Shown here one piece after another: positions 1 through 11,426 of a stretch of DNA of 64,000 nt; positions within the stretch are counted from its first letter, which is position 1; each line of letters starts with the position of its first letter. Source of the DNA: Treponema sp. Lineage in GTDB: Bacteria > Spirochaetota > Spirochaetia > Treponematales > Treponemataceae. Below the pieces are notes generated by a model, which worked only from the letters and a program-made list of their open reading frames with translations, did no database searches and was not told where the DNA came from. Both the position numbers and the translations under genes were made by a program. Where the stretch lies: positions 4,802 through 68,801 of the forward strand of contig JAZLKD010000006.1 in assembly GCA_045597415.1 (NCBI GenBank), in the 5' to 3' direction.

Positions 1-51
1 ACATTGAATACGCTCATCCGTGCAAAAGAAATTGCCGGACAGAACAAGTAG
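1..51 (+). CDS. rpmC: 50S ribosomal protein L29, C-terminal fragment
   Basis: Frame 1 reads TLNTLIRAKEIAGQNK-stop, directly before rpsQ as in the S10 operon. Confidence 0.75.
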   Translation, partial: TLNTLIRAKEIAGQNK

Positions 52-61
52 GAGCTGACCC

Positions 62-337
62 GTGGCAGAACAGGAAGTTCAGACTAAGAAAGCTGGAAAA
101 CGTTCTTTCGTTGGTATTGTAACCAGCGACAAGATGGATAAAACAATTGTTGTATCTATCGACACAAAAAGAATGGATTCCCTTTATAAGAAATATGTTA
201 CACGCACTAAGAAGTGTAAGGCACACGATGAACAGAATGAAGCTCACATTGGTGACACAGTTCGCATCGTAGAATGCAGCCCAATCTCTAAAGATAAATG
301 CTGGAGACTGGCAGAAATTATTGAAAGAGCTAAATAA
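62..337 (+). CDS. rpsQ: 30S ribosomal protein S17
   Basis: [14 protein letters not shown]...AHDEQN...[18 protein letters not shown]; GGAG SD before GTG. Confidence 0.97.
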   Translation: MAEQEVQTKKAGKRSFVGIVTSDKMDKTIVVSIDTKRMDSLYKKYVTRTKKCKAHDEQNEAHIGDTVRIVECSPISKDKCWRLAEIIERAK

Positions 338-355
338 GCTTAAGGAGTTAAAGAC

Positions 356-724
356 ATGCTTCAGATGCAATCAAATTTGACAGTTGCCGATAACTCTGGC
401 GCTAAGCTCGTTCAGGTTATCAAAGTAATCGGCGGTTCACACCGTCGTTACGCTGGTATCGGTGACATCGTTGTTGTAGCAGTTAAGGAAGCAATTCCTA
501 CTTCTACAATTAAAGAAGGTGCAGTAGAAAAGGCTGTAATCGTTCGTGTTTCGAAAGAATACCGCCGTCCTGATGGAACTTATATCCGTTTTGATGATAA
601 CGCTTGTGTTATCGTTGATGCAGATAAAAACCCAAAAGGTAAACGTATCTTTGGACCTGTAGCTCGTGAGCTTCGTGATATGGATTTCATGAAAATCGTT
701 TCACTCGCTCCAGAGGTTCTCTAA
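356..724 (+). CDS. rplN: 50S ribosomal protein L14
   Basis: VADNSGAK...IRFDDNACV...[11 protein letters not shown]...SLAPEVL. Confidence 0.98.
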   Translation: MLQMQSNLTVADNSGAKLVQVIKVIGGSHRRYAGIGDIVVVAVKEAIPTSTIKEGAVEKAVIVRVSKEYRRPDGTYIRFDDNACVIVDADKNPKGKRIFGPVARELRDMDFMKIVSLAPEVL

Positions 725-736
725 GGAGTATTGAAT

Positions 737-1051
737 ATGGATAAGAAATTCAAAATCCGTAAAGGCGATGCAGTACAGGTAATTGCAGGTAAAGACAAAG
801 GTAAGCGCGGTAGCGTTGTACGTGTTGATGCAAAAAAAGATGCTGTTATTGTATCAGGTGTAAACATTGTTAAAAAAGCAATGAGAAAACGCAGTCAGCA
901 GGATCAGGGTGGTATCATCGAGATCGAAGCTCCACTGCACATCTCAAATGTAGCGATCGTATGTAAAAAATGCGGTCCTACTAGAATCGGTTACAAACTT
1001 GACGGCGACAAGAAAGTTCGTGTTTGCCGCAAGTGTGGAGAAGCACTGTAA
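737..1051 (+). CDS. rplX: 50S ribosomal protein L24
   Basis: [23 protein letters not shown] motif; EAPLHISNV; ATG at 737 (TTG at 731 possible). Confidence 0.96.
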   Translation: MDKKFKIRKGDAVQVIAGKDKGKRGSVVRVDAKKDAVIVSGVNIVKKAMRKRSQQDQGGIIEIEAPLHISNVAIVCKKCGPTRIGYKLDGDKKVRVCRKCGEAL

Positions 1052-1602
1052 TGGATAAGTATTTACCACGGCTTAAGAAAGTCTACAAGGACACAATCGC
1101 CCCTGAGCTCTTCAAAGAACTCGGTTACACATCTGTAATGCAGATTCCTGCCATCAAAAAGGTAGTAGTAAGCATGGGTGTTGGCGATGCTCTCACAACC
1201 ATGAAACTTCTTGATGCCGCAGTAGCTGATATTACTCAGATTACTGGACAGCATGCTGTTAAAACGAAGGCTAGAAAGAGTATCGCTAACTTTAAACTTC
1301 GTGAGGGTAATGAAGTAGGTGTAATGGTAACATTGCGCGGTAACACAATGTATGAATTTTTGGACCGCCTTATTAATGTTGCATTACCTCGTGTAAAAGA
1401 TTTCCGCGGAATCAAAGCAACAGGTTTTGACGGACACGGAAATTTCTCTCTTGGTATTCAGGAACAGATTATCTTCCCAGAAATCGACTTTGATAAAATC
1501 ACTAAGATTGCTGGTATGAACATCTCGATCGTGACAAGTGCAAACACAGATGCTGAAGCACGTGCTTTGCTTACCAAGTTTGGAATGCCTTTCAGAAAGT
1601 AG
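1051..1602 (+). CDS. rplE: 50S ribosomal protein L5
   Basis: [11 protein letters not shown]...LPRVKDFRG...FPEIDFDK; ATG overlaps the rplX stop. Confidence 0.97.
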   Translation: MDKYLPRLKKVYKDTIAPELFKELGYTSVMQIPAIKKVVVSMGVGDALTTMKLLDAAVADITQITGQHAVKTKARKSIANFKLREGNEVGVMVTLRGNTMYEFLDRLINVALPRVKDFRGIKATGFDGHGNFSLGIQEQIIFPEIDFDKITKIAGMNISIVTSANTDAEARALLTKFGMPFRK

Positions 1603-1615
1603 TTGAGGATATTCT

Positions 1616-1801
1616 ATGGCTAAAAAATCAATGATTATTAAATCAAACCGCGAACAGAAGTATTCAACACGTGAATACAATCGTTGTCAGGTTTGTGGTC
1701 GTCCACGTGGATACCTTCGCAAATTTAAGATTTGCCGTATCTGCTTTCGTAAATTAGCAAGTGAAGGCCTTTTGCCAGGCGTCACAAAATCATCTTGGTA
1801 G
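1616..1801 (+). CDS. rpsN: 30S ribosomal protein S14, zinc-binding type Z
   Basis: [10 protein letters not shown]...CRICFR, 61 aa. Confidence 0.97.
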   Translation: MAKKSMIIKSNREQKYSTREYNRCQVCGRPRGYLRKFKICRICFRKLASEGLLPGVTKSSW

Positions 1802-1816
1802 TGGAGGAGAAAAGAA

Positions 1817-2215
1817 ATGAGTTGTTCAGACCCAATCGCAGACATGCTGACTAAGGTTCGTAACGCTGTTCAGGCTCGCCATGAAAAGGTTGATGTTTCA
1901 GCTTCAAAACTTAAGCTCGAAATTGTGAAGATCCTGAAAACAGAAGGTTACATTAAGAATTTCAAGAAAGTACAGGAAGGAAACCACTCGGTTATTCGTA
2001 TATTCTTGAAATATGATGATGAAAATGCACCAGTAATCCACGGTATTGAAAAAATTTCAACACCTGGTCGTCGTGTATATTCTGGTTACAAAGATTTGCC
2101 ACGTGTTCTTAACGGATACGGAACATTGATCGTTTCAACTTCTTATGGTGTAACAACTGGTAAGAAAGCAAGCGAAAAAATGGTTGGTGGTGAATTAGTT
2201 TGCAAAGTTTGGTAA
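1817..2215 (+). CDS. rpsH: 30S ribosomal protein S8
   Basis: [13 protein letters not shown]...STPGRRVY...GGELVCKVW. Confidence 0.98.
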   Translation: MSCSDPIADMLTKVRNAVQARHEKVDVSASKLKLEIVKILKTEGYIKNFKKVQEGNHSVIRIFLKYDDENAPVIHGIEKISTPGRRVYSGYKDLPRVLNGYGTLIVSTSYGVTTGKKASEKMVGGELVCKVW

Positions 2216-2227
2216 TAGGAGGAAGAG

Positions 2228-2767
2228 ATGTCAAAAATTGGTAAACTTCCTGTATCTATTCCAGCAGGAGTAACTATCACAATCAATAATGGATCTGTAG
2301 TTGTAAAAGGTCCTAAAGGCGAACTTACACAGGCTTTCAATGACAAAGTTACTATCGAACAGAAAGATGGTTCTTTGACTGTATCGCCTGCTTGTGAATC
2401 AAAAGCTGCCCACGCAGCTCACGGTCTTTACCGTCAGTTGATTCAGAACATGGTAACTGGTGTTACTAATGGTTTCTCTAAGACACTTATCATCACTGGT
2501 GTAGGTTACCGTGCTGAAGTTCAGGGAAAACAGCTTGTAATGAACCTCGGATATTCAAACGACTTCATTGCAATCATCCCAGAAGGTCTTACAGTAACTG
2601 CTGATGCAGCTGGTAAATTGACAATCGCTGGCATCGACAAGAAACTTGTTGGTGAATTTAGTGCTCAGATTCGTAAACTTCGTATGCCTGAACCTTATAA
2701 GGGAAAAGGTATTCGTTATGATGATGAAGTTATCAGACGTAAAGTCGGAAAAACTGGCGTAAAATAA
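2228..2767 (+). CDS. rplF: 50S ribosomal protein L6
   Basis: MSKIGKLPV...PEPYKGKGIRY. Confidence 0.98.
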   Translation: MSKIGKLPVSIPAGVTITINNGSVVVKGPKGELTQAFNDKVTIEQKDGSLTVSPACESKAAHAAHGLYRQLIQNMVTGVTNGFSKTLIITGVGYRAEVQGKQLVMNLGYSNDFIAIIPEGLTVTADAAGKLTIAGIDKKLVGEFSAQIRKLRMPEPYKGKGIRYDDEVIRRKVGKTGVK

Positions 2768-2777
2768 GGATTAGGAT

Positions 2778-3140
2778 ATGTTAAAGAAACTTAATGATAA
2801 AGCTAGAAAACGCCTCCATCGTAAGGTTCATATCCGTAAATCAATTTACGGAACTGCTGCTCGTCCACGTTTGACAGTAACACGCAGTAACACTAACCTT
2901 TACGCTCAGGTAATTGACGATGACGAGGGTAAAACTCTTGCTTCAATTTCCACATTGGAAAAAGAATTTGCTGGCCTTAAACCAAATGTTGAAGGTGCAA
3001 CAAAACTTGGTGAAGCTTTGGGAAAACGCCTCCAGGAAAAAAAGATTGATACTGTAGTATTTGACCGCAACGGTTATCTTTACCATGGTGTTGTTAAAGC
3101 CCTTGCTGATGGTACTCGCTCAGCTGGTATCAAATTCTAG
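2778..3140 (+). CDS. rplR: 50S ribosomal protein L18
   Basis: [10 protein letters not shown]...[17 protein letters not shown]. Confidence 0.98.
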   Translation: MLKKLNDKARKRLHRKVHIRKSIYGTAARPRLTVTRSNTNLYAQVIDDDEGKTLASISTLEKEFAGLKPNVEGATKLGEALGKRLQEKKIDTVVFDRNGYLYHGVVKALADGTRSAGIKF

Positions 3141-3148
3141 GAGATTTT

Positions 3149-3661
3149 ATGGAACGCCAGAATAAGTTTGATAAAGAAAACCAGAAAGAATTCATCGAAA
3201 AACTCGTAAGATTGAATCGTACTGCTAAAACTGTAAAAGGTGGACGCAGAATGGCATTCTCTGCTCTTACAGTAGTAGGTGATGGAAAAGGTCACGTAGG
3301 ATATGGATTTGGTAAAGCTAATGACGTATCAGACGCTATCAGAAAGTCTATTGAAAAGGCTAAGAGAAACCTGGTAATGGTTCCTGTTAAAAACGGAACT
3401 TTGCCTCATGAAATGCTTGGTAAATACAAGTCTTCATCAATTCTTCTTAAACCAGCTTGTCCAGGTACTGGAATTATTGCTGGTGGTACAGTTCGTGCCA
3501 TTATGGATGCAATTGGTGCTACAGACGTTATTTCTAAGTCATTGGGTTCATCTAGCCCAGTAAACGTAGTACGTGCAACATTCGATGCTCTTGCAAACCT
3601 TTTGGATGCAAAAGCAGTTGCTTCTAACAGAGGTAAATCTCTGCAGGATATGTGGGGTTGA
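3149..3661 (+). CDS. rpsE: 30S ribosomal protein S5
   Basis: [19 protein letters not shown]...PGTGIIAGG. Confidence 0.98.
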   Translation: MERQNKFDKENQKEFIEKLVRLNRTAKTVKGGRRMAFSALTVVGDGKGHVGYGFGKANDVSDAIRKSIEKAKRNLVMVPVKNGTLPHEMLGKYKSSSILLKPACPGTGIIAGGTVRAIMDAIGATDVISKSLGSSSPVNVVRATFDALANLLDAKAVASNRGKSLQDMWG

Positions 3662-3663
3662 TC

Positions 3664-3849
3664 ATGGCTAAGAAAATTAAGATTACACTCGTAAAGAGCA
3701 CAATCGGACAGAAACCAGCTAAAAAAGCTACTGTTCGCAGTCTTGGTCTTAAAAAGATCAATTCATCTGTTGTACATGAAGATACAGCTGTAATTCGCGG
3801 AATGGCAGCTGCTGTCGCTCACCTTGTAACAGTAGAGGAGGCTAAATAA
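3664..3849 (+). CDS. rpmD: 50S ribosomal protein L30
   Basis: [12 protein letters not shown]...LGLKKIN; lies between rpsE and rplO. Confidence 0.95.
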   Translation: MAKKIKITLVKSTIGQKPAKKATVRSLGLKKINSSVVHEDTAVIRGMAAAVAHLVTVEEAK

Positions 3850-4310
3850 TGTCTGATTTTATTTTGAGTGCACCTGAAGGTGCCAATGTAAAAGCTAAAC
3901 GTGTTGGCCGTGGTTCTTCTTCTGGACAGGGTACAACAGCTGGTAAAGGTAACAAAGGTCAGCAGTCAAGATCTGGTGGAAAAACATACATCGGTTTTGA
4001 AGGCGGACAGATGCCTCTTTACCGCCGTATTGCACATCGCGGTTTTTCTAACTATCCATTCAAGAAAGAATATAAAATTGTTAACGTTGCATTCCTTGAA
4101 GAAAAATATTCTGCAGGTGAAACTGTTAATAAAGAAACTCTTCTTGCAAAGGGTTTGATTAGTAATACAAAAGTTTCTGTTAAAATCCTTGGTGATGGCG
4201 ACTTAACTAAGAAACTTACAGTTGAAGTAGAAAAAGTTTCTGCATCTGCAAAAGCTAAAATCGAAAAGGCTGGTGGTTCAGTTAAAGAAGCTGAAGCTAA
4301 AGCAGAATAA
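3849..4310 (+). CDS. rplO: 50S ribosomal protein L15
   Basis: RVGRGSSSGQGTTAGKG...FEGGQMPLYRR. Confidence 0.98.
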   Translation: MSDFILSAPEGANVKAKRVGRGSSSGQGTTAGKGNKGQQSRSGGKTYIGFEGGQMPLYRRIAHRGFSNYPFKKEYKIVNVAFLEEKYSAGETVNKETLLAKGLISNTKVSVKILGDGDLTKKLTVEVEKVSASAKAKIEKAGGSVKEAEAKAE

Positions 4311-4328
4311 TAGAAACCGGAGATAACC

Positions 4329-5696
4329 ATGGCAAATAGTGCAATTGCAAATATGTTCAGAATCAAAGAACTTCGTTCAAGATTGTTCTTTACTCTTTGT
4401 ATTCTTGTTGTTTTCCGACTTGGTTGTGTACTTACAATTCCAGGTATCGATGCAAACGTGGTTGTAAATTACTTCCAGAATGTTATCGAGCAGAATAGTG
4501 CAGAAAACGCATTTGCAAGTTACATGGATTTCTTTGCCGGTGGTGCTTTTGAAAAATTTTCTGTGTTCATGTTGGGTATTATGCCTTACATCTCAACACA
4601 GATTATTTTGCAGTTGGCTCTTATCATTTTCCCTGGACTCAAAAGAAGTGTCCAGGAAGAAGGTGGACAGCGCAAAATGGCTTCATGGACTAGAATCGGT
4701 ACAGTATTTGTATGTTTGATTCAGTCTCTGGCAATTACAGTTTATGCAGGCCGTATTCCTGGTGCTGTTGTTATGGATGCTACAAGTTTTAAACTTCTTG
4801 CAATGCTTACTGTAACAACTGGTGCTATGATTACAATCTGGCTTGGTGATCAGATTACAGCAAAAGGTATCGGAAATGGTATTTCTGTACTTATTTTCGC
4901 AGGTATCGTTGCTCGTCTTCCACAGGGAATCTGGGATCTTAAAAACTGGATGATGACAGAAGTTGATGGAGCTATTGATAATACTCGTGTAATTATCACA
5001 ATCGCAATCGTTCTTGTTTTTGCAGCTATTATTGCGCTCGTAATTTTTGAGCAGCAGGGTGAAAGAAAAATTCCTGTAAACTATGCTAAACGCGTTGTTG
5101 GACGCAAGATGTATGGTGGACAGAGTACTTATATTCCTTTCAAAATTAATCCTTCTGGAGTTATTCCAGTAATCTTTGCTTCTTCATTCTTAACATTCCC
5201 ATTACAGGTTGTTCAGAGTATTGCAGGTAACGGAAATATGGAAGGAAATTGGAAGTGGGTTAACAGCCTCGCAACTTGGCTTACTCCAAGAGGTACTTTG
5301 TACAATGTAATTCTTGTTTTGTTGATTATTTTCTTTGCTTACTTCTACACTCAGGTAACACTGAACCCTACAGAAATCGCAAAGAATATCCGTGAAAACG
5401 GTGGTTCTATTCCTGGAATCAGACCTGACAAAACTGAAGAACATTTACAGAAGATTTTGAATCGTCTTATTTTACCAGGATCACTTTACTTAGCATTGAT
5501 TGCTGTAATTCCTACAATTATTACTTACATAATTCCGGAATTCCCACAGTCAACTGCAATGCTGATGGGTGGTACTTCACTTCTCATCCTTGTAGGTGTA
5601 GATCTTGATACAATGAGTCAAATCGAAGCTCTTCTTAAGATGCATCATGTAGATGGTCTTGTAAGTAAGGGTAAAATACGTTCACGAAACTTGTAA
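4329..5696 (+). CDS. secY: Preprotein translocase subunit SecY
   Basis: LGIMPYIS, GIGNGIS, GVIPVIFA, IPGIRP, GGTSLLILVGV; about 10 hydrophobic segments. Confidence 0.98.
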   Translation: MANSAIANMFRIKELRSRLFFTLCILVVFRLGCVLTIPGIDANVVVNYFQNVIEQNSAENAFASYMDFFAGGAFEKFSVFMLGIMPYISTQIILQLALIIFPGLKRSVQEEGGQRKMASWTRIGTVFVCLIQSLAITVYAGRIPGAVVMDATSFKLLAMLTVTTGAMITIWLGDQITAKGIGNGISVLIFAGIVARLPQGIWDLKNWMMTEVDGAIDNTRVIITIAIVLVFAAIIALVIFEQQGERKIPVNYAKRVVGRKMYGGQSTYIPFKINPSGVIPVIFASSFLTFPLQVVQSIAGNGNMEGNWKWVNSLATWLTPRGTLYNVILVLLIIFFAYFYTQVTLNPTEIAKNIRENGGSIPGIRPDKTEEHLQKILNRLILPGSLYLALIAVIPTIITYIIPEFPQSTAMLMGGTSLLILVGVDLDTMSQIEALLKMHHVDGLVSKGKIRSRNL

Positions 5697-5817
5697 TTTT
5701 TTACAATTTTTGTGATTTTTCTGTAGAATAACATTGGGGATTTGTGATATATTATTGAACCCGAATTGTAAAATTTATAATTCGGGCGATAAGTTTACTT
5801 TCCCCAGGGGGACTTTA

Positions 5818-5931
5818 ATGAAAGTACGAACCAGCGTTAAGCCCATTTGTGATAAGTGTAAGGTTATCAAAAGAAACGGTATTGTCCGTATCATTTGTAC
5901 TAACCCAAAACATAAGCAGAGACAGGGTTAA
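5818..5931 (+). CDS. rpmJ: 50S ribosomal protein L36
   Basis: [19 protein letters not shown]...[11 protein letters not shown]. Confidence 0.97.
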   Translation: MKVRTSVKPICDKCKVIKRNGIVRIICTNPKHKQRQG

Positions 5932-5941
5932 GGAGTAGCAG

Positions 5942-6313
5942 ATGGCTCGAATTGCGGGAGTTGACCTCCCAAATAAACATGTCGAAATTGCTTTGACTTA
6001 TATCTATGGTATTGGTCGTTCAGCAGCTAAGACAATTTGTGAAAAAGCAAAGATTGATGCTAACAGAATGATGAATGACCTCGATCAGGATGAATTGAAC
6101 AAAATTCGTACTGTTATCGATGCAGAATACAAAGTAGAAGGTCATTTGCGTTCAGAAATCGGTCTTAACATCAAACGTCTTATGGACATTGGTTGCTATC
6201 GTGGTCTTCGTCATCGTAAAGGTTTGCCAGTTCGTGGTCAGCGCACACGCACAAACTCACGTACTCGCAAAGGTAAGAAGAAGACAGTTGCTAACAAGAA
6301 GAAAGCAGTCTGA
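5942..6313 (+). CDS. rpsM: 30S ribosomal protein S13
   Basis: [10 protein letters not shown]...[20 protein letters not shown]. Confidence 0.98.
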   Translation: MARIAGVDLPNKHVEIALTYIYGIGRSAAKTICEKAKIDANRMMNDLDQDELNKIRTVIDAEYKVEGHLRSEIGLNIKRLMDIGCYRGLRHRKGLPVRGQRTRTNSRTRKGKKKTVANKKKAV

Positions 6314-6329
6314 GACGGAGGATTAATTA

Positions 6330-6710
6330 ATGGCTACCGTAAAAAAGCGAAAGGAAAAGAAGAGCGTATACGAAGGAAATGATTATATCCAGGCTACGTT
6401 CAACAATACTATCGTAACAATTACAGATTTGAATGGAAATGCTCTCTCATGGGCATCTTCAGGCGGACTTGGTTTCCGTGGTGCAAAAAAATCAACACCA
6501 TTTGCTGCACAGACAGTAGCAGAAACAGCAGTTCAGAAAGCTGTTAGCTATGGTTTGCGTGAAGTTCACGTTTTTGTAAAGGGTCCAGGAATGGGTCGTG
6601 AAAACGCTGTACGTGCTCTTGGTGCTTTGGGACTTAAAGTAAAATCAATTTCTGATGTTACACCAGTTCCACACAATGGTTGTCGACCACGTAAGACACG
6701 CCGTATGTAA
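6330..6710 (+). CDS. rpsK: 30S ribosomal protein S11
   Basis: [12 protein letters not shown]...KKSTPFAAQ...[12 protein letters not shown]. Confidence 0.98.
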   Translation: MATVKKRKEKKSVYEGNDYIQATFNNTIVTITDLNGNALSWASSGGLGFRGAKKSTPFAAQTVAETAVQKAVSYGLREVHVFVKGPGMGRENAVRALGALGLKVKSISDVTPVPHNGCRPRKTRRM

Positions 6711-6852
6711 TTAACCGGGCAAAAGTCATTTTGCCTGTTAATTATTATTCCAGATTATCTGGAAAGTTAAGATGGTTATCAATCAGCTGAGTGCTGACTT
6801 GATTGATTAATAATTGCTCGATAGAGCTTTAAAGCCTATTGAAGGAGTTCAG

Positions 6853-7914
6853 ATGGCACGCAAAAATCTGCTTAAAGGTTTTAAAAAACCAAAGGGCATT
6901 ACATTTGAACATCTTGAAACTAATCCGAATTACGGAAAGTTTACTGCATATCCATTTGAAACTGGATTTGGTACAACAATTGGTAACACACTTCGTCGTG
7001 TTCTCTTGTCATCAATTCAGGGATATGCAATTTCATCAGTTCGTATTACTTCTTATGATGCCGACGGTGTTCCACACACTATTTCCAGTGAATTTGAAAC
7101 AATTCCAAATGTTTCAGAAGATACTTTGGAAATTTTGAACAGTTTAAAACAGATCAGATTGCGCCTTCCTAACGATGTAGAGGAAGATACACTTCTTTTT
7201 GAATTCAAAGGTCCAGGTGCTGTAAAAAGCGATGACTTTGCAAAAGAAGGACAGCTCGAAGTTTTGACAAAAGATGCACACATTTTCACAATGATGGAAG
7301 GTGCTCATCTTGAAGTAGAAATTCAGGTTGATCTCGGAAGAGGTTATGTTCCTGCTGAAGTAAATGAACATTACATTGAAATTGTTGGTACAATTCCAAT
7401 GGATGCAATTTTCACTCCAGTAAGCAAGGTAAAATATTCAATTGAACCTTGTCGCGTTGGTCAGCGTAACGATTATGATAAACTCATTCTTGAAGTATGG
7501 ACTGACGGAACAATTAATCCAGAAGATGCATTGGCAGAAGCAGCAAAAATTGCTAAAGATCATTTCTCAATTTTTGTTAACTTCAATGATAGTGAAATCG
7601 CTGGAAGTGATGAATTGGAAGAAGGTGATGAAAATCTTAAACAGTTGTTGAATACTCCTGTTGAAGAACTTGAACTTTCAGTACGTTCATCAAATTGTTT
7701 GAAAAACGCAAATATTCGCACAATTGGCGAATTGACAAAGAAAACTGAAGACGACATTGCCAAGACTCGTAACTTTGGTAAAAAGAGTTTGACAGAGATC
7801 AAGGAACAGCTTCTTAAGTTGAGCCTTACTCTCGGAATGACTGATTACAGCCATTTGAAAAATGTTGTCAATTTAATTAAGCCAAAGCAGAAGGAAGAAT
7901 CCGATGAATCATAA
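6853..7914 (+). CDS. rpoA: RNA polymerase subunit alpha
   Basis: [18 protein letters not shown]; [10 protein letters not shown]; NFGKKSL; GGAG SD before ATG 6853. Confidence 0.98.
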   Translation: MARKNLLKGFKKPKGITFEHLETNPNYGKFTAYPFETGFGTTIGNTLRRVLLSSIQGYAISSVRITSYDADGVPHTISSEFETIPNVSEDTLEILNSLKQIRLRLPNDVEEDTLLFEFKGPGAVKSDDFAKEGQLEVLTKDAHIFTMMEGAHLEVEIQVDLGRGYVPAEVNEHYIEIVGTIPMDAIFTPVSKVKYSIEPCRVGQRNDYDKLILEVWTDGTINPEDALAEAAKIAKDHFSIFVNFNDSEIAGSDELEEGDENLKQLLNTPVEELELSVRSSNCLKNANIRTIGELTKKTEDDIAKTRNFGKKSLTEIKEQLLKLSLTLGMTDYSHLKNVVNLIKPKQKEESDES

Positions 7915-8377
7915 GACTGGTTTTAATCCACTTTCACGTACAACAGCACATCGCCGTGCTATGTCACGTAACATGGTAACTTCACTCTTCAGATTTGAAC
8001 GCATTACAACTACTAGCTCAAAAGCTAAAGAAGTTCGTAAGGCTGCAGAAAAACTGATTACACGTAGTAAGGTTGATACAGTTCATAACCGTCGTATCGC
8101 TGCAAAGTTTATTCAGGATGAAAAAGTTTTGAATAAACTCTTTACTGAACTCGGACCACGTATGAAGGATCGTAAAGGTGGTTACACTCGTATCCTTAAA
8201 ATTGGTTTCCGTCAGGGCGATGCTGCAGATATGGTAATCCTTGAATTGGTAGACTATGCTCTTCCATCACAGGATGATGCAGAAAAAGCTAAAAAAGCTG
8301 ACAAAGCTCCAGCTAAGAAAGCTCCTGCTAAAAAAGCTCCAGCTAAAAAAGCAGCAGCTAAAAAAGATGCTGAATAA
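7904..8377 (+). CDS. rplQ: 50S ribosomal protein L17 with Lys/Ala-rich tail
   Basis: [12 protein letters not shown]...GGYTRILK...RQGDAA; repeated KKAPA tail. Confidence 0.97.
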   Translation: MNHKTGFNPLSRTTAHRRAMSRNMVTSLFRFERITTTSSKAKEVRKAAEKLITRSKVDTVHNRRIAAKFIQDEKVLNKLFTELGPRMKDRKGGYTRILKIGFRQGDAADMVILELVDYALPSQDDAEKAKKADKAPAKKAPAKKAPAKKAAAKKDAE

Positions 8378-8387
8378 GGAGTAAGAA

Positions 8388-8645
8388 ATGTCTAAAGCAC
8401 ATCGCGGAACTGGTATCCGCCAGGAAGCAAATCACGGTCGTGGCACTTGTGCTCGCTGTGGTAAAGAAAATATCAAGGTTCTTTGGGAAAAAGAAATTGA
8501 TGGCAACACAGTAAAAGTATGTAAGTTTTGTAACAGTGCTTTGAAAAATGTTGCAAAAAAAGATGCAAGAACAGCTAAAGCAGCAGCCGCTGCAGCAGCA
8601 GCTTCAGAAGCTCCAGCTGAAGAAGCAGCATCAACAGAAGCATAA
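8388..8645 (+). CDS. Small basic zinc-ribbon protein co-transcribed with the alpha operon
   Basis: AGGAG SD; CARC...CKFC; ribosomal-protein-like codon usage. Confidence 0.8.
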   Translation: MSKAHRGTGIRQEANHGRGTCARCGKENIKVLWEKEIDGNTVKVCKFCNSALKNVAKKDARTAKAAAAAAAASEAPAEEAASTEA

Positions 8646-8716
8646 TTTAATTATAAATTAGCTTATCAGCCGCCTATGATAAATGTAGGCGGCATTATTT
8701 TTTATATTCGATTACT

Positions 8717-8752
8717 AAAAAAAAAGAGCATCTTAACAGATGCCCTTTTTTG
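8717..8752. terminator. Bidirectional intrinsic terminator after the ribosomal cluster
   Basis: A-run, GAGCATCT-TAAC-AGATGCCC, T-run; a second hairpin GCCGCCTA...TAGGCGGC lies near 8668-8692. Confidence 0.7.
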
Positions 8753-8782
8753 TGATTAATTTTGTGGTTTAATTTTTAAAAA

Positions 8783-11233
8783 TTAAACTCCCAGATTGTC
8801 ACCAAGTTTTGCAATTTCAGAAATTGCAGATGAAATTTCGTTGGAACCAGTTGTTGCTTTTGAAAGCTGGTCTGAAATATCTGATGAAGACTGTACCTGA
8901 GCATTAATTGCGTTTCTGATATTTTCAGAAAGGGATGAAATTGTTTTGATTGAATTATTTGTTTCATTAATCAGGCGTTCTGTAATTGCAGTATTCTCAG
9001 TATTTTTGTTTACAAGTTCCTGAATCATCTGAGTAGAACTCATTGTCTGTGCGGCAAGAGTTTTTACTTCTTTAGCTACAACGCTAAAACCTCTTCCTGC
9101 ATCGCCGGCATGTGCAGCTTCGATTGAAGCATTGAGGGCGAGTACATTTGTTGTTTCAGCAATATCGTTAATCATGTGTACTGCATTAACAATTTTATTT
9201 GTACTTTCTACAAGATTTGCAATAGAAAGGTTTGCTTCCGTAATTACCTGATCAGTTGTGTTTACAGTTCTTGCAACAGTTTCAATATTACCAGAAATTT
9301 CTTTTACGGCCTGAGCAACTGAACCCATAGACTGTGAAATTGTAGATATATTATTTGAAACTTTAGAAGATTCCTGAGAAACAATATCAGCTTTTTGAGA
9401 CATTGTTTGCATAGTACTTTCAATATTGGCTTTGTTTTTATTTAACTGCTGTAACAGAAGAGCTCCATATAATGAACTTGAAAGCTGGTCACGAAGAGCA
9501 AGATATGCTGTTCCTGTTTCTTCAATCCCCTGCTGAAATACAATATACCCAATAAATGTTGACTGGAAGTGAAGGGATTCTACAACGAGAGAATAGAATC
9601 TGGAATCAGGAAGAAATTGATCTGGAACAATCTCTTGAGTAGGGAAATCAAAGCCATCTTCATTGAGTTCAATACGTTTTCCATCATGAACTGCAAGAAT
9701 TAATTTGCTTGTTTCAGGAGTGTTCTGATTTTCTTCAGTGTACTGACAATTATTGTAAAGAACTACATATGCGCCAGGAATATTCAGCTTTGAAAGTGAT
9801 TTGGCAATTATATTCATAAGCTGCTTGATGTCATAACTTGAAAGAAGTTCCGAACTGATTAAGCGAAGTTGTGATTCAAAGCGTGATTCGGTAAGAGAAG
9901 CAAGCTTTTGTGTACGACCGTCAATTTCGTTAATAAGGATTCGGCACTGCTGAAATAAAGTTTCAATCCGCGTTGCCATTGATTCGTTTGTAACGATAGA
10001 AAGCACTTCAATACGATATTCCGAAATAATGTCCTGCCACAAAATGAGGTTATTGTTAATTTTAACAAATTGTCTGAGATAACCTGTCAGTGTGTTAAGG
10101 AAATCGTTATTCTGACTATTGTCTGAATTTATGTTTTCCATAAGTTTTTTTGTAATTTCAGGAATTGAATGGCCGAAAAACTCAAGAACTTTTGCAGAGG
10201 CAAAACGACTGTTTGAAATCGTCTGCTTAATTGATTCATTGATTTTACGCTGCCATGTGAAGTCATCTAATTTTTTGTGGATGTTGGAAAGATCATCAGC
10301 TTTAATTTTCTTTGAGAAAAAACCGCCTTTTAAGGTTGCTGAGGAAATCTTATCAATTTTCAGGCCGGCGCGTGAAACAGATTTTGAACTGCAGCCGCAG
10401 GATTCACCTATCACAAGTTTTGTTGAATATTTGTATTCCTGTGGAACAGATTCACCATCTAAAATCTTTTTGATGGTCTGATATGCTTTTTCACCTTGGC
10501 CAAAAAAAGGCATTTCAACTGTAGTAATCGGAGGATTACAGCAGGCAGCATCATTAGTTCCGTTAAAACCACAGACAACAACATTCTGTGGAACTTTATA
10601 ACTTTTTTTCTGAAGTTCTTCCTGTGCGCCAATACTTACGTTATCACCGACTGCAACTACAGCCTGAAAATCTCTGCCAGGTATCAAACCATTGTTGAGA
10701 AAATCCTGAATTGCTTTGACACCATCACCTACAGCCCAGCCACCTGGAGATGAAATAATTCTTTCATCAACTGGAATATTGTGTTCTTTAAGTGATTCAA
10801 GATAGCCTTCATAACGGTCTTTTGCATAAACATGAAGGGCAGGCCCTCGAATGAATGCAATTTTTCGGATATTGTGAACTTCAATGAGATGAGAAATAAG
10901 TTCTTTTTCACCGGTTTTACAGTCAGTAAGGATAACCGGATGTCCTGGAATATGAAATGTCATACAAAGAAGTGGGGTATTTTTAAATCTGTTATAATAC
11001 TTTACTACTTCATCTGTGACGTCTGAGGATGCCCAGGAAATAATGCCTGCATAATTTTTATCAGTTATAAGGTGGTATATGATTGAACCGGCCCCCTGAT
11101 TTAAGACAGGACCTCTAAATGTAATAACTGGTCGCTTGTCTTTTTTACATTCGGACACAATACCTGCCCACATGTTAGAACCTGTTGCGTCTACAAGAGA
11201 GCGTGTAAGGAATGCGATCGTATTTTTCTTCAT
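8783..11233 (-). CDS. Soluble chemoreceptor: LacI-type sugar-binding domain fused to a methyl-accepting chemotaxis domain
   Basis: N-terminal [17 protein letters not shown]...VVCGFNG...PPITTVEMP...LVIGESCGC; C-terminal [37 protein letters not shown]; no transmembrane segment. Confidence 0.85.
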   Translation of the reverse strand: MKKNTIAFLTRSLVDATGSNMWAGIVSECKKDKRPVITFRGPVLNQGAGSIIYHLITDKNYAGIISWASSDVTDEVVKYYNRFKNTPLLCMTFHIPGHPVILTDCKTGEKELISHLIEVHNIRKIAFIRGPALHVYAKDRYEGYLESLKEHNIPVDERIISSPGGWAVGDGVKAIQDFLNNGLIPGRDFQAVVAVGDNVSIGAQEELQKKSYKVPQNVVVCGFNGTNDAACCNPPITTVEMPFFGQGEKAYQTIKKILDGESVPQEYKYSTKLVIGESCGCSSKSVSRAGLKIDKISSATLKGGFFSKKIKADDLSNIHKKLDDFTWQRKINESIKQTISNSRFASAKVLEFFGHSIPEITKKLMENINSDNSQNNDFLNTLTGYLRQFVKINNNLILWQDIISEYRIEVLSIVTNESMATRIETLFQQCRILINEIDGRTQKLASLTESRFESQLRLISSELLSSYDIKQLMNIIAKSLSKLNIPGAYVVLYNNCQYTEENQNTPETSKLILAVHDGKRIELNEDGFDFPTQEIVPDQFLPDSRFYSLVVESLHFQSTFIGYIVFQQGIEETGTAYLALRDQLSSSLYGALLLQQLNKNKANIESTMQTMSQKADIVSQESSKVSNNISTISQSMGSVAQAVKEISGNIETVARTVNTTDQVITEANLSIANLVESTNKIVNAVHMINDIAETTNVLALNASIEAAHAGDAGRGFSVVAKEVKTLAAQTMSSTQMIQELVNKNTENTAITERLINETNNSIKTISSLSENIRNAINAQVQSSSDISDQLSKATTGSNEISSAISEIAKLGDNLGV

Positions 11234-11426
11234 ATAAAACCTCACAATAAATTATACAAGGAAAAAGTGAATTTGAAAAATTTTTTCATTTTATATATCG
11301 GTTGTTTTAAATTAAACCTTGAATGGCAAGGTTATGTCTTATAAAAGTGCAGTTATAAATTTTAAAGGTATCAGAAAAATTTTAATTAAGTGGAAAATGG
11401 TGTAAAAAATTGTTATCTTTATAAGT

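Noticed and set aside
1051-6710. Odd residues in conserved ribosomal proteins (L5 ALTTMK, S11 GNDYI)
   Set aside because: Could be sequencing errors or real variants; cannot be decided without reads or alignments
5697-6852. Absence of adk, map, infA and rpsD from the spc/alpha cluster
   Set aside because: Expected gene order for treponemes, not novel
8280-8370. KKAPA repeats at the end of rplQ
   Set aside because: Low-complexity Lys/Ala tails on L17 are common
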